A stretch of DNA of 64,000 nucleotides from Candidatus Methanomethylophilaceae archaeon (GCA_050950505.1 JBMNHS010000001.1:256001-320000); one strand, 5' to 3'; positions 27,864-38,765 are shown, counted from the stretch's first letter. Notes: generated from the letters alone by a model not told the origin. Numbers and translations are program-made.

Positions 27864-28648
27864 TAGGTATGACGGACGTTGTTGTCGGAGGCGCCTCCGG
27901 CAGACTCGGGAATATGATTTGCCGCCTGATTTCCGAATCCGACGATCTGAATCTCGTCGGTGCGGTGGTTTCAGAGAACGGCGGCAGTCTCGGGAAGGAC
28001 ATATACGGAACAACGGCGACGGGTCCCGACGGATTGTTCGGACTTGCGGAAAATGCCGATGTTTACGTGGATGTCACCACTCCCGGTGCCGCGGCGGAAA
28101 TCGTGGCGGACATTCCGAAAACGGGATGCAACATGATTATCGGAACAACGGCGATACCCGGAGAGGTATTGGAACGGATGGCGGTCAACACCGCCGAATA
28201 CGGCACGTCGTCCCTGGTCACGGCAAGCTTCGCCCCGGGCGTAAACGTGTTCTGGAAACTCTGCGAAACCCTCGCAAAATATCTTCCGGACTACGACACG
28301 GAAATAATCGAATACCACCACCGGGGAAAAATTGACTCTCCTTCTGGAACGTCGATTGAAACCGCAAAGCGGCTGACCCTGTCTTCGGGCGGAAAAGAGA
28401 TTCTTTACGGAAGAGAGGGCGAAGTCGGTGCCAGAGGCAAAGAAATAGGAATACATTCGATAAGGGCGGGAGACATCGTCGGAGATCACACGGTGTGCTT
28501 CGCCAAAAATTCGGAACTCATCGAACTGACACACAGAACGGACTCCCGCGAGGTCTTTGCACAGGGGTGTCTGAGTTCCGTACGCTGGATCGCGGACAAG
28601 AAAGACGGAAAGGTACACAACATGGAAGAGGTGTTAGGAATATGCTGA
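27860..28648 (+). CDS. dapB: 4-hydroxy-tetrahydrodipicolinate reductase
   Basis: 'GASGRLG', 'IGTT', 'EYHHRGKIDSPSGT', 'RAGDIVGDH'. Confidence 0.96.
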   Translation: MIGMTDVVVGGASGRLGNMICRLISESDDLNLVGAVVSENGGSLGKDIYGTTATGPDGLFGLAENADVYVDVTTPGAAAEIVADIPKTGCNMIIGTTAIPGEVLERMAVNTAEYGTSSLVTASFAPGVNVFWKLCETLAKYLPDYDTEIIEYHHRGKIDSPSGTSIETAKRLTLSSGGKEILYGREGEVGARGKEIGIHSIRAGDIVGDHTVCFAKNSELIELTHRTDSREVFAQGCLSSVRWIADKKDGKVHNMEEVLGIC

Positions 28649-29991
28649 CAGTAATGAAATTCGGAGGATCGAGTATGGCATCCTCCGACGCATTCAAGAA
28701 AGTGGCGGACATCATCGCATCAACGGAAGGAAACAAAGCGGTGGTCGTATCGGCGGTGGCCGGGGTCACGAACTTTCTGGTGGGTGCGGTGGAAGAAGAA
28801 ATTATTGATTACGAAGGGGTTCTGAAAACCTTCTCGGACAAACATACGGAGATAGCGGAACAGCTTTTCGACGAAGAATATATGGAAATCTTCCTCAAGG
28901 CTTTCGACGAGAGGATGGAATCCTTCGAGAACGCCCTCAGGGGAGACAGAAAGAACCCATACTATATGGATGCGATTTCTTCATCGGGAGAAAGATTTTC
29001 CTCTCTGATACTGGCACACCTTCTGAAATACATGGGGAAGGAATCGGTGCCCCTCACTTCGGCGGCGGCGGGAATATATGCGGCGGGTCTGCCTCTTTCC
29101 GGCCATGCCGACCTCAAACGCACCAAGGCTGAAGTGAACATGAAAGTCAAACCCATGCTTGAACAGGGAATAATCCCGGTCATAACGGGATTCTACGGCA
29201 TGAACGGCGACGGCAACCCTCTGACTTTCGGCCGCGGAGGTTCGGATTATTCCGGAGCCGTAATCGCCAACGCGTTGGAAGCCGACGAACTTCAGATATG
29301 GACGGATGTGGACGGATTCATGTCCGCGGACCCCCGCATGGTCACCGATGCGGTGCCCATAAAGGAAATGAATTACGGAGAGGCCGCCGAACTGGCATAT
29401 TTCGGAGCCAAGGTCCTTCATCCCAGAACCATAGAGCCGGTCAGACAGAGACACATCCCGGTGAGAGTTAAGAACACCTTCAATCCCGATTCTCCCGGTA
29501 CGTTCATCCACCACCTGAGAGGCCCCCAGAACGGCCTGCTGATGAGCGTTGCGGTGAAAACAGATCTGTCCATAATCACCATAAGCTCAGCGGAAATCGC
29601 GTTCCGCCCCAGCATCGTGGCCCACATAATCGAAAAATTTGCAGAGAGAAACGTGATAATATATTCGATATCCACCTCTCTGTCCACCGTTGCGTTCTTG
29701 TTGCACAACAACGACATGCAGGACGTCCTCAACCAATTGAACCATCTTGTGGAAACGGATATAGAGAAAATCAACGTTAAGAGTGATGTTGCCCTCGTCT
29801 GTTGCGTCGGGGACGACCTCTTGGACAAATGCGGAGTGTCGGGAGACATCTTCGGAGTGGTGAAGGAAGTCGGAACGAACGTGGAGATGATTTCCGAAGG
29901 GGCCTCGGACTCTTCCCTTAACTTTGTCGTGCCCATGGAAATGCTTGTAAGCACCGTAAGAGCTCTTCATGCTCAGTTTGTGAGGGAATGA
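28642..29991 (+). CDS. lysC: aspartate kinase
   Basis: 'KFGGSS', 'GRGGSDYS', 'WTDVDG..ADPR', ACT domains; start at ATG 28642. Confidence 0.96.
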   Translation: MLTVMKFGGSSMASSDAFKKVADIIASTEGNKAVVVSAVAGVTNFLVGAVEEEIIDYEGVLKTFSDKHTEIAEQLFDEEYMEIFLKAFDERMESFENALRGDRKNPYYMDAISSSGERFSSLILAHLLKYMGKESVPLTSAAAGIYAAGLPLSGHADLKRTKAEVNMKVKPMLEQGIIPVITGFYGMNGDGNPLTFGRGGSDYSGAVIANALEADELQIWTDVDGFMSADPRMVTDAVPIKEMNYGEAAELAYFGAKVLHPRTIEPVRQRHIPVRVKNTFNPDSPGTFIHHLRGPQNGLLMSVAVKTDLSIITISSAEIAFRPSIVAHIIEKFAERNVIIYSISTSLSTVAFLLHNNDMQDVLNQLNHLVETDIEKINVKSDVALVCCVGDDLLDKCGVSGDIFGVVKEVGTNVEMISEGASDSSLNFVVPMEMLVSTVRALHAQFVRE

Positions 29992-31250
29992 AAATGGAAG
30001 ACTACGAATCGGACAAAGGCAGAATGATTATCGGCGGAATGTACGCCGGAGACATTGCGGATGAGTTCGGCACCCCGGTTTACGTGACCGATGAGCAGAG
30101 ACTCAGGGCAAACTATCGCAGAATTTACGGTGCGTTCTCCAAAGAAATGAACACCGTAATCAATTATGCCTGCAAAGCCAACAGCAACCTTGCCATTCTC
30201 AGCATTCTCGAAGAGGAGGGATCCCACATAGACGCGGTGTCCATAGGCGAAGTCGAATCCTGCATGAAGGCGGGATTCACCGCCGACAGGATTCTTTACA
30301 CCGGGGTCAACGTCAGCAACGAAGAACTGAAAGCGGTTTCCGATTTGGGAGTCATGATTAACATCGACTCCGAATCCGAATTGGAAAGATTGGCGAAAAT
30401 CAAACAGGGTCACAAAATATCCATCAGGGTCAATCCCGACGTTGGAAGCGGACACAGCGATGCCGTCATAACCGGAAAAAAGGGAACCAAGTTCGGAATC
30501 CCTTCCGAAAAGGCCGTCGGGGTTTATGCCAGAGCCAAGGAACTCGGGTTTGACATCAAAGGGATTCACGCCCACATCGGTTCCGGAGGCAGTGACATAT
30601 ACCCCTTTATGGACGCCGCCGACGTGCTTTCCGAACTTACGAACGAAATCAAAGAAATCGGCATCGATTTGGATTTCATCGACATCGGAGGCGGATTCGG
30701 AGTTCCTTACAAAATGAACGAAGAACCTATGAGCATCGAGGAACTGGCCATAGAAGTCACCGACATCATAAAGATGCAGACCGACGTGGAAACGGTGTAC
30801 ATAGAACCCGGCAGATACATCGTGGCGGATTCCACCGTTCTGCTCACAAGATGCGTGGACGTCAAGAACCTGGGAGTGAAAAGTTTCGTGGGCGTTGATG
30901 CCGGAATGAACACTCTGGCACGTCCCGCCATGTACGGTTCCCACCACCATGTCGCCATCGCCGACAAATTCGGCAAAGCCTGCACTGCGAGATATGACGT
31001 TGTGGGTCCCATCTGCGAAACCGGAGATCATCTGGCATTGAACCGTGTTCTCCCCAATCCCGAAGAAGGGGACGTGGTCGTCGTTTACACCGCGGGGGCT
31101 TACGGATTTTCCATGTCCAGCAATTACAATTCGAGACCTCTGTGCAGGGAAGTGCTTGTGAACAACGGAAAGGCTGAACTCATACGTGAGGCACAGACCA
31201 TGGAAGATCTCTGGAAACACCAGAGGATACCCGAGAGGCTCAGGAAATGA
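29988..31250 (+). CDS. lysA: diaminopimelate decarboxylase
   Basis: 'YACKAN', 'KFGI', 'HIGS', 'EPGR', 'GPICETGD', 'SNYNSRP'. Confidence 0.97.
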   Translation: MKMEDYESDKGRMIIGGMYAGDIADEFGTPVYVTDEQRLRANYRRIYGAFSKEMNTVINYACKANSNLAILSILEEEGSHIDAVSIGEVESCMKAGFTADRILYTGVNVSNEELKAVSDLGVMINIDSESELERLAKIKQGHKISIRVNPDVGSGHSDAVITGKKGTKFGIPSEKAVGVYARAKELGFDIKGIHAHIGSGGSDIYPFMDAADVLSELTNEIKEIGIDLDFIDIGGGFGVPYKMNEEPMSIEELAIEVTDIIKMQTDVETVYIEPGRYIVADSTVLLTRCVDVKNLGVKSFVGVDAGMNTLARPAMYGSHHHVAIADKFGKACTARYDVVGPICETGDHLALNRVLPNPEEGDVVVVYTAGAYGFSMSSNYNSRPLCREVLVNNGKAELIREAQTMEDLWKHQRIPERLRK

Positions 31251-32074
31251 TTTTCCTGAAATATCACGGACTGGGCAATGATTTCGTCATTCTTGACGGT
31301 ACCGACGGAAGGTTGGAAATCGACAACGAATGGTGCAAATGGGCCTGCGACAGAAACTTCGGAATAGGTGCCGACGGAGTCCTGTACGTCATGCCCGGAA
31401 AAAACACGGACATCACGATGAGGGTCATCAACGCCGACGGTTCCGAAGCCGAAATGTGCGGAAACGGCATCCGTTGCGTGGCAAAATACGCTTACGATTA
31501 CAATATAGTCGATAAAGAGAAATTCCTGATACACACCCTTGCCGGGGATTTGGAAGCCCTCGTTTCATTGGGGGAAGACGGCAGGGTATCTACGGTGACC
31601 GTGGATATGGGAGCGCCGGTGTTGGACGGGCGTTCCGTTCCCGTGAATCATGACGGAAAATTCGTCAACGAAGAATTCGACGCGGATTCCCTTAAACTCA
31701 GAGGCACCGCGGTGTCCATGGGAAACCCCCATTTCGTGACTTTCACGGAACTTGAAGATGAAACCGTCGACAGACTGGGACCCGTGATTGAAAAACACGG
31801 ATTTTTCCCTAACAGAACCAACGTGGAATTCTGTAAGGTTTCCGACGGCAAAATATACGTCCGCGTCTACGAACGCGGAGCCGCATGGACTTTGGCCTGC
31901 GGCACGGGTGCCTGCGCATCCACCGTCGCGGCGGCCTTGATCGGACTTGTTCCCTTCAACCTGCCGGTTGACGTAAAACTTCCCGGCGGATGGTTAAAAA
32001 TAACCGTCGACGGGAATTTGAACCGCGTCCTCATGGAAGGACCTGCGGAATTTGTATTCAAAGGAGAGATGTGA
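31247..32074 (+). CDS. dapF: diaminopimelate epimerase
   Basis: 'KYHGLGNDF', 'EMCGNG', 'GNPH', 'ERGA..TLACGTG'. Confidence 0.97.
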   Translation: MIFLKYHGLGNDFVILDGTDGRLEIDNEWCKWACDRNFGIGADGVLYVMPGKNTDITMRVINADGSEAEMCGNGIRCVAKYAYDYNIVDKEKFLIHTLAGDLEALVSLGEDGRVSTVTVDMGAPVLDGRSVPVNHDGKFVNEEFDADSLKLRGTAVSMGNPHFVTFTELEDETVDRLGPVIEKHGFFPNRTNVEFCKVSDGKIYVRVYERGAAWTLACGTGACASTVAAALIGLVPFNLPVDVKLPGGWLKITVDGNLNRVLMEGPAEFVFKGEM

Positions 32075-32075
32075 C

Positions 32076-33230
32076 ATGAAATACGCTCAATCAGAAAGAC
32101 TCCAGAAACTGCCGCCTTATCTCTTCGTCAGATTGGAAGAACTCACTTCCAAAAAGAAGGAAGAAGGCATGGACATGATCGATTTCGGAATCGGGGATCC
32201 GGATCTTCCCACCCCTCAGCCCATAGTGGAAGCGATTCAGGAAGCCATGCCCGTGAACAAAAACCAGAAGTACTCTTCGTCCCAGGGCGAAAAGGATCTC
32301 CGGGAAGCCATTGCCGAATGGTACAGCCGCAGATACGGCGTGGATGTCAATCCCAAGACCCAGGTCTGCGTCACCCTCGGTTCCAAAGAAGCGATATTCA
32401 ACATATCCCAGGCTTTCGTCAATCCCGGCGAAACCGTCATCGCGCCCAGCCCGGGATACCCCGTGTATTCGGGAGCCTCCGTGCTGTTCAACGAGGCCGA
32501 GTGCGCAAGCGTGAACCTCAAACCGGAAAACGACTGGCTATTGGACGTCAACGACTGTCCCACGGATGCGAAGATGATGTATCTCAACTATCCGAACAAT
32601 CCCACCGGAGCCACCTGCGACGTCGATTACCTCAAAGGCGTGGGAAAGTGGTGCGATGAGACCGAAACCATACTCTGCTACGACAACGCGTACTGCGAGA
32701 TGTGTTACGACGGGTACGAAGCGCCCTCGGTTCTGCAGGCCACCGACAACGCCATCGAATTCGGTTCCTTTTCCAAAACGTTCAACATGACCGGATACAG
32801 ACTGGGTTATGCCGTAGGACACCCCGATCTCGTTTCCGGCCTGACGAAATGCAAAGGACAGATTGACTCCGGTGCACCCATTTTCGTACAGAAAGGAGGA
32901 ATCAAAGCCCTCAGCATGTACGGCGAGGACGGTTCGGTTCCCGCCGAGGTTCAGAAAAGCATGGACGTTTACGCCGAAAGAAGAACCGCCATAGTCAACG
33001 GCCTCAGGGAACTGGGATTCGACGTGAAGATGCCCAGAGGCACCTTCTACGTCTGGTTCGACTGCGGAATGACTTCCATGAAATTCACCGAGAAACTGAT
33101 CGACTGCGGAGTGGTGTTCACTCCGGGATCGGGATTCGGGGCTTCCGTTGACACTTACGTCAGAGTGGCAACGACCCAGCCTCTTGACAGAATCGAGGAA
33201 GCCTTCGAAAGAATCGGCAAAGTGCTCTGA
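32076..33230 (+). CDS. dapL: LL-diaminopimelate aminotransferase (class I PLP aminotransferase)
   Basis: 'LPPYLF', 'GIGDPD', 'NYPNNPTG', 'SFSKTFNMTGYRLG'; operon context. Confidence 0.85.
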   Translation: MKYAQSERLQKLPPYLFVRLEELTSKKKEEGMDMIDFGIGDPDLPTPQPIVEAIQEAMPVNKNQKYSSSQGEKDLREAIAEWYSRRYGVDVNPKTQVCVTLGSKEAIFNISQAFVNPGETVIAPSPGYPVYSGASVLFNEAECASVNLKPENDWLLDVNDCPTDAKMMYLNYPNNPTGATCDVDYLKGVGKWCDETETILCYDNAYCEMCYDGYEAPSVLQATDNAIEFGSFSKTFNMTGYRLGYAVGHPDLVSGLTKCKGQIDSGAPIFVQKGGIKALSMYGEDGSVPAEVQKSMDVYAERRTAIVNGLRELGFDVKMPRGTFYVWFDCGMTSMKFTEKLIDCGVVFTPGSGFGASVDTYVRVATTQPLDRIEEAFERIGKVL

Positions 33231-33242
33231 TTCTCCGAAAAA

Positions 33243-34472
33243 TCACTCCGAAAACTTTTTTCTGGAGTGCTTGAGGGCTTCCACCACGGGCAGAGGTCTG
33301 CCCATAAGGAAGGACTCGAGCGCTCCCCCTCCGGTGCTGGTGTAAGCGAAACTGTCGGAGAGATTGAATCTCTCGGCGGCGGCACCGGTATGTCCCCCTC
33401 CTATGACCGACTGGCCTTTGCTGTCGATCATCGCTTTCATGAGGACATGGGTTCCCACGGCGAAATCCTCTTCTTCGATCATTCCGGCGGGACCGGACAT
33501 GAAAGAAGTTCTTGAAGACTCTATGACTTTTCTGAATTTCTCCGCACTGTCGTCCCCGATGTCAAGGGCGGGTTCTTCGGTAGGCATGTCCCCCACATTG
33601 ACCGAGACGCGTTTGCCGTTCCTGTTGACGGCAACATCCACCGGCAACAGTATTTTGGAGCCGTGAACGTTCAGCACTTCTTTGGCGAGATTGAGATTTT
33701 CTTCGGTAAGTTCTTTTTTAAGTATTTTCAGACTGGATTCGCCGATGTTCACCCCTCTGGCATAAAGGAACGCGTTTCCCGCCAGTCCGGTGAGAATCAC
33801 GGTGTCGGCGGTCTGCGCGGTCAGAACGTGATCCACCATCGACGATATGTCCCCGAACTTCGCCCCGCCCAAAATGAAAACGGAAGGGCGGCGGGGTTCG
33901 TCGAATATCGCGCTCAATGCGAAAAGTTCCTTCATCATCAGCCGTCCGGACGCGGAAGGCAGACGGTCCTGGAATCCCACAAGGGAGCTTTGGGAGCGGT
34001 GGGATGCGCCGAAGGCATCGCACACGAAATAATCGAACATGGGCGCCAAGACGTTTACGATTTCGGAATTTGCCTGAACGTCCATGTCTGCTTCCACGGA
34101 TTCCGAATCGATTTCCCTGACGTTTCCCAACAGCAGAATTTCCCCCGACTTCAGGGATTGGATTGCTTGTTTGGCTTTTTCGCCGATGACGTCGTCAACG
34201 TACTTCACGGGATAATTCAGATTTTTGGAAAGACGCTCGGCATGCTGTTCCAAGGGAATGAAATCCCATTGGCCTTTTCTGCCCTGATGGGCGATAATCA
34301 CAAGCTTCGCCTGTTTTCCCACGAGCTCCCGTACCGTCGGCACCACTCTTCTTATGCGGGAATCGTTCAGTATCCTCAGTTCGTCCTTTTCCAGGGGACA
34401 ATTGATATCCACCCTTAACAGAACTTTCTTGTCCTTGAAGTTGAAATCACTGAGAGTGTGGAATTCCCGCAT
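33243..34472 (-). CDS. pgk: phosphoglycerate kinase
   Basis: 'RVDIN', 'AHQGR', 'DAFGASHR', 'GGAK', 'STGGGA'. Confidence 0.97.
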   Translation of the reverse strand: MREFHTLSDFNFKDKKVLLRVDINCPLEKDELRILNDSRIRRVVPTVRELVGKQAKLVIIAHQGRKGQWDFIPLEQHAERLSKNLNYPVKYVDDVIGEKAKQAIQSLKSGEILLLGNVREIDSESVEADMDVQANSEIVNVLAPMFDYFVCDAFGASHRSQSSLVGFQDRLPSASGRLMMKELFALSAIFDEPRRPSVFILGGAKFGDISSMVDHVLTAQTADTVILTGLAGNAFLYARGVNIGESSLKILKKELTEENLNLAKEVLNVHGSKILLPVDVAVNRNGKRVSVNVGDMPTEEPALDIGDDSAEKFRKVIESSRTSFMSGPAGMIEEEDFAVGTHVLMKAMIDSKGQSVIGGGHTGAAAERFNLSDSFAYTSTGGGALESFLMGRPLPVVEALKHSRKKFSE

Positions 34473-34481
34473 AGAACGACC

Positions 34482-35501
34482 TCATCTCTTGTATGGTATT
34501 CCGAGGGATATGTTTGTTTTTCTCCTGGACTCGTTGACATCGCAGAGTTTGCACATGGATCGTATGCAATCGATGTTTTCGGGAACGACGTCGGATTCCT
34601 GGTGAACCGCCTGATAGTAATACAATGTGTTTCCGGTGGATTTGACTCCGTTTTCCCAGACAACCACTTCGTACATGTCGGACCTGTTTCTTCCCAGATC
34701 CCTTGCCAGTTCCATGATTTCCGCCGTGGACTTTATTCCCGAGGAGGTGTCCACCAGCCGCACCCTTGAAGAATTGCCTATGACTTCGAGGGCTTCCTCG
34801 GTGGTTGTTTTGTTTTTGAGTTCCAAGGTCACCGTGTGCATGTGCATGATTGTGGTCGACGCTTTGATCGCCATGGTGTTGATGTTGATCCAGGGCATGA
34901 TGCTCCTGACGTCGGGACCGTGATGGGTGGGCAGACTCACGGAAGGTTCGAGGGCGTTGATGGGGCCTCCTTTGCTGTCTCCGGGATCCGCCGCTCTTCT
35001 GACAAGGGTGACGTAAGCGTTTTCAATGCCGAATTCGCGGTCCAGGGGGAACAGGGTTCTGAGAAGTCCGGTAGTGTTGCAGGAAACCACTCTGGAAAAC
35101 TGGGCACCCCAGGATTCCTGATAATTGGCGGTCGAGTTGAACGAAGTGCCGGTGAGGCTGTGGTCTTCCCCGCCCTGGAAAATCGCTTTGACTCCCGCTT
35201 CGGCGTACATGTCTTTGTACATCTGACCCACGTTTCCAGGGGTACAGTCCACGATGATGTCGGCTTTCTCACACAGTTCTTCCACGGTTCCCTCCACAGG
35301 AACCCGGGCTTCTTCGAACAATCCCTTTCTGTCCGACGGTACGTAGAGATCGAATCCGCTCGCCCTCGCCGCGTTTACTTCGAAAGTGGGCCGGGTCTTG
35401 GTGACACCGATGACTTCCATGTCGCTCTGGGCGTCCACCGCAGAGGCAACTCTTTTTCCGATTGTTCCGAAACCGTTGATACCTACCTTGATAGCAGTCA
35501 T
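34482..35501 (-). CDS. gap: glyceraldehyde-3-phosphate dehydrogenase, archaeal type II
   Basis: 'NGFGTIGKRVA', 'VVSCNTTGL', 'HQESDVVPEN'. Confidence 0.97.
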   Translation of the reverse strand: MTAIKVGINGFGTIGKRVASAVDAQSDMEVIGVTKTRPTFEVNAARASGFDLYVPSDRKGLFEEARVPVEGTVEELCEKADIIVDCTPGNVGQMYKDMYAEAGVKAIFQGGEDHSLTGTSFNSTANYQESWGAQFSRVVSCNTTGLLRTLFPLDREFGIENAYVTLVRRAADPGDSKGGPINALEPSVSLPTHHGPDVRSIMPWININTMAIKASTTIMHMHTVTLELKNKTTTEEALEVIGNSSRVRLVDTSSGIKSTAEIMELARDLGRNRSDMYEVVVWENGVKSTGNTLYYYQAVHQESDVVPENIDCIRSMCKLCDVNESRRKTNISLGIPYKR

Positions 35502-35624
35502 GAAACACCTATTGGCAACATATGTTGCCGGTTGTACATAAAGTTCTTCCGTGGTTGCCTTATCTTCCCGTTTTCAGAAACACTATTATAAAAACTGACG
35601 CAATTACCAGTCGGAGATTATATC

Positions 35625-37298
35625 ATGAAAGGAAACAGAGCATTGCTCCAAATGCTGGAGGACAGAGGTGTAGAGACCATGTTTGGATATCCGGGAGGCA
35701 GCGTGATTTCGATTTATGACGAAATCATGGACTCCTCGATCGATCACATCCTGGTACGCCACGAGCAATGTGCCGCTCATATGGCCGACGGATTTGCCCG
35801 CGCCAGCGGAAAACCCGGCGTCTGTATAGCCACAAGCGGTCCCGGCGTCACCAACATGATTACCGGCATAGGCACCGCGTATGCGGATTCGACTCCCATG
35901 ATTGCGTTGACCGGACAGGTCGGAACCGGTTCTCTGGGACTGGGCGCATTCCAGGAAGTGGACGCCTACAGTCTGCTCATGCCCATAACGAAGCATAACT
36001 TCAGGGTTCTTGACGTTAACCGGCTTCCCCACGCCGTGGACGAAGCCTGGCAAATCTGCCAGATCGGAAGACCGGGGCCGGTTCACATAGACCTTCCTTC
36101 GGATCAGATGAACTCCGAAATAGACGAAAGTCTTCTCGGCATGACTTACGGGGTCAAACAGCCCAAAGAAGACATGTCCGAAATCAAAACAGCGGTGCAG
36201 TGGATCAAAGAAGCCCAAAGACCCGTTCTTTTGGTCGGCGGGGGTTCCATAAACGCCAACGCCGGAGACGAAGTCGTCAAACTCGCTGAGATGATTAACG
36301 CACCCGCGGTGTTCACCCTTATGGGCATCGGCGCAATGCCGACCGCCCACCCCCTGAACCTCGGCCCGCTGGGAATGCACGGAAGACTCTGCGCTCTGGA
36401 TGCTTTCAAGAACGCGGATCTGGTCATTGCCATAGGCACCAAGTTCTCCGACAGGACTTTCAGCGTGCACACAAGGTTCAGCAACAAGTGCAGAGTCATT
36501 CAGATCGACATCGACGCCACGGAATTCGAGAAACACGGAAACATGGACATCAACCTTCTGTGTGACGCGAAGAAAGGAACGCAGGCGCTGATAGACGGGC
36601 TGGCGGGCTACAAGAACAATCACGCCGCCTGGGACAAGACCTATTCCGAATACAAGACAAAATGTCATTGCAACACAGACATCAACGAAACCCCGATTGT
36701 TCCGCAGAAGATTCTCTTCGAACTGAACAAACTCATCGACAAAGATCCCGACATGATCGTCACCACCGACGTGGGACAGAATCAGATGTGGGCGATGCAC
36801 TATCTGCACGTTCACAAGCCGAGACACTTCCTGTCGTCCGGAAGTTTCGGAACCATGGGATTCGGTCTGCCTTCGGCCATAGGCGCCAAAGCCGCCAAAC
36901 CCGACAACACCGTGGTCACCATCACGGGCGACGGGGGATTCCAGATGGTTCAGCAGGAACTTGCCACCGCGGTCGCCGAAGATCTTCCGGTGGTCATCAT
37001 TCTGCTGAACAACGGATGGCTGGGTATGGTCAAACAGTGGCAGAAACTGTTCTGGGACCAAAGGTACAGCGCCACGGATTTGCGCAACGGACCGGATTTC
37101 GTCAAGATTGCCGAAGCTTACGGCGCCAAGGGACAGACGGTCGACAAACCCGGAGACATCGCCGATGCTCTGAAGGAAGCCGTCAACAGCGGAGAAACGT
37201 ATCTTCTCAACATCCATGTGGATCCCGAGGAAGACGTGCTCCCGATGCTGCCCGCGGACCCGAAGCAGTCGATGGTCAAAGGACGCTGTCCGTACTGA
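35625..37298 (+). CDS. ilvB: acetolactate synthase large subunit
   Basis: 'FGYPGG', 'RHEQ', 'TSGPG', 'DVGQNQMW', 'GDGGFQM', 'LGMVKQWQ'. Confidence 0.96.
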   Translation: MKGNRALLQMLEDRGVETMFGYPGGSVISIYDEIMDSSIDHILVRHEQCAAHMADGFARASGKPGVCIATSGPGVTNMITGIGTAYADSTPMIALTGQVGTGSLGLGAFQEVDAYSLLMPITKHNFRVLDVNRLPHAVDEAWQICQIGRPGPVHIDLPSDQMNSEIDESLLGMTYGVKQPKEDMSEIKTAVQWIKEAQRPVLLVGGGSINANAGDEVVKLAEMINAPAVFTLMGIGAMPTAHPLNLGPLGMHGRLCALDAFKNADLVIAIGTKFSDRTFSVHTRFSNKCRVIQIDIDATEFEKHGNMDINLLCDAKKGTQALIDGLAGYKNNHAAWDKTYSEYKTKCHCNTDINETPIVPQKILFELNKLIDKDPDMIVTTDVGQNQMWAMHYLHVHKPRHFLSSGSFGTMGFGLPSAIGAKAAKPDNTVVTITGDGGFQMVQQELATAVAEDLPVVIILLNNGWLGMVKQWQKLFWDQRYSATDLRNGPDFVKIAEAYGAKGQTVDKPGDIADALKEAVNSGETYLLNIHVDPEEDVLPMLPADPKQSMVKGRCPY

Positions 37299-37378
37299 CG
37301 GAGGATTTCGCGAAGCCGGAAAAACGATACCTTTTAGTCTATAAAGTAATTTGACCAGTCAATACAAGGTGTAATTCA

Positions 37379-38365
37379 ATGAAAATTTACCATGATTCGG
37401 ATGTGGACATAAACGTCCTCAAAGGAAAAACAGTCGCGGTTTTGGGTTACGGCTCCCAGGGAAGGGCTCAGGCTCTCTGTTTCAGGGATTCCGGACTCGA
37501 AGTCGTCATCGGACTCAGAAAGGGAGGAAAATCCTGGGAAAAAGCAAAAGAAGACGGATTCAAGGTTCTTGAATTCGGAGACGCCGTGAAAAACGCGGAC
37601 GTCGTCATGATGCTTTTGCCCGACGAAGTTCAGCCCAAAGTTTACAAAGAGTTCGTCGAACCCAACATCAAAGAAGGCGCGGCTCTCGAGTTCGCCCACG
37701 GATTCGCGATCATCTACGGAACCATCGTTCCCCCCAAGAATGTTGACGTCATCATGATGGCCCCCAAAGCCCCCGGTGACAAAGAAAGAGACGTTTTCGT
37801 GGAAGGATTCGGAGTTCCCGCCCTTGTCTGCGTGCACCAGGACTTTACCGGAAACGCGATGAAGACCGCGTTGGCTCTGGCCAAAGGTCTCGGTTCCACC
37901 CGTGCCGGTGTGTTCGAGACCACTTTCGAAAACGAGACCCTCACCGACCTTTTCGGCGAGCAGGCCGTCCTCTGCGGAGGCACCACCGCCCTCATCAAGT
38001 CCGGATTCCAGGTTCTTGTTGATGCGGGATATCCCCCGGAAATGGCTTACTTCGAAGTCTGCCACGAAGCCAAACTCATCGTCGATCTGATCAACGAGGG
38101 AGGATTCGAAAAGATGTGGCATGTGGTTTCCAACACCGCCGAATACGGCGGTTTGACCAAGAGGGACCTGGTCATCACCAAAGAATCCGAAGAGGGAATG
38201 AGAAAAATCCTCAAAGACATCGAATCCGGCAAATTCAGGGATGAATGGACCGCCGAATGGGATAACGACCTCAAGTACCTGAGAGAAATGGAAAACAAAG
38301 AAAAGGATCTCGGAATCGAAGTGGTCGGCAGGGAAATCAGAAAACTCTTCGAAAGAAAGAACTGA
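37379..38365 (+). CDS. ilvC: ketol-acid reductoisomerase
   Basis: 'GYGSQG', 'LPDE', 'AHGF', 'DLFGEQAVLCGG', 'SNTAEYG'. Confidence 0.97.
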   Translation: MKIYHDSDVDINVLKGKTVAVLGYGSQGRAQALCFRDSGLEVVIGLRKGGKSWEKAKEDGFKVLEFGDAVKNADVVMMLLPDEVQPKVYKEFVEPNIKEGAALEFAHGFAIIYGTIVPPKNVDVIMMAPKAPGDKERDVFVEGFGVPALVCVHQDFTGNAMKTALALAKGLGSTRAGVFETTFENETLTDLFGEQAVLCGGTTALIKSGFQVLVDAGYPPEMAYFEVCHEAKLIVDLINEGGFEKMWHVVSNTAEYGGLTKRDLVITKESEEGMRKILKDIESGKFRDEWTAEWDNDLKYLREMENKEKDLGIEVVGREIRKLFERKN

Positions 38366-38387
38366 AACTTTTGAGCCGGGTGGTGTT

Positions 38388-38765
38388 GTGAAAAAAATCA
38401 GGATCGTCACGCGAAGCGGCGAATATGCCGCCGTCCTTGACGACTCGGACATTTCCAACGCCATCTGGCTGTCTTTACCCCAAAGACCGACCGTCAACAT
38501 GATGGGCGGCGAAATTTATTTTGAAATGCCTTTGGACCCGGATACCGCGGGATCGGCCAGAATCACGGAACTTGAAAAAGGCGATGTTGCCTGGTGGCCC
38601 GGACCCCGGGCGGTAAGAATATTTTACGGATCCACGCCGTTGAGCGGAGAAGACGGTAATCCGGTTTCCTCCCATCCCGTGATCAGGATAGGTCACATCG
38701 AAAACTGCGAAGGGATTGAAGATTCCGGCGACAGGCAGAGAATTCTGATGGAACGGGAATTCTGA
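38388..38765 (+). CDS. cyclophilin-like fold protein (DUF369-type)
   Basis: 'GGEIYFEMP', 'GDVAWWP', 'IFYGSTP'. Confidence 0.8.
   Translation: MKKIRIVTRSGEYAAVLDDSDISNAIWLSLPQRPTVNMMGGEIYFEMPLDPDTAGSARITELEKGDVAWWPGPRAVRIFYGSTPLSGEDGNPVSSHPVIRIGHIENCEGIEDSGDRQRILMEREF

Noticed and set aside
35625-38365. ilvB-ilvC without ilvN between them
   Set aside because: The regulatory subunit may simply lie elsewhere; cannot be judged from this window.
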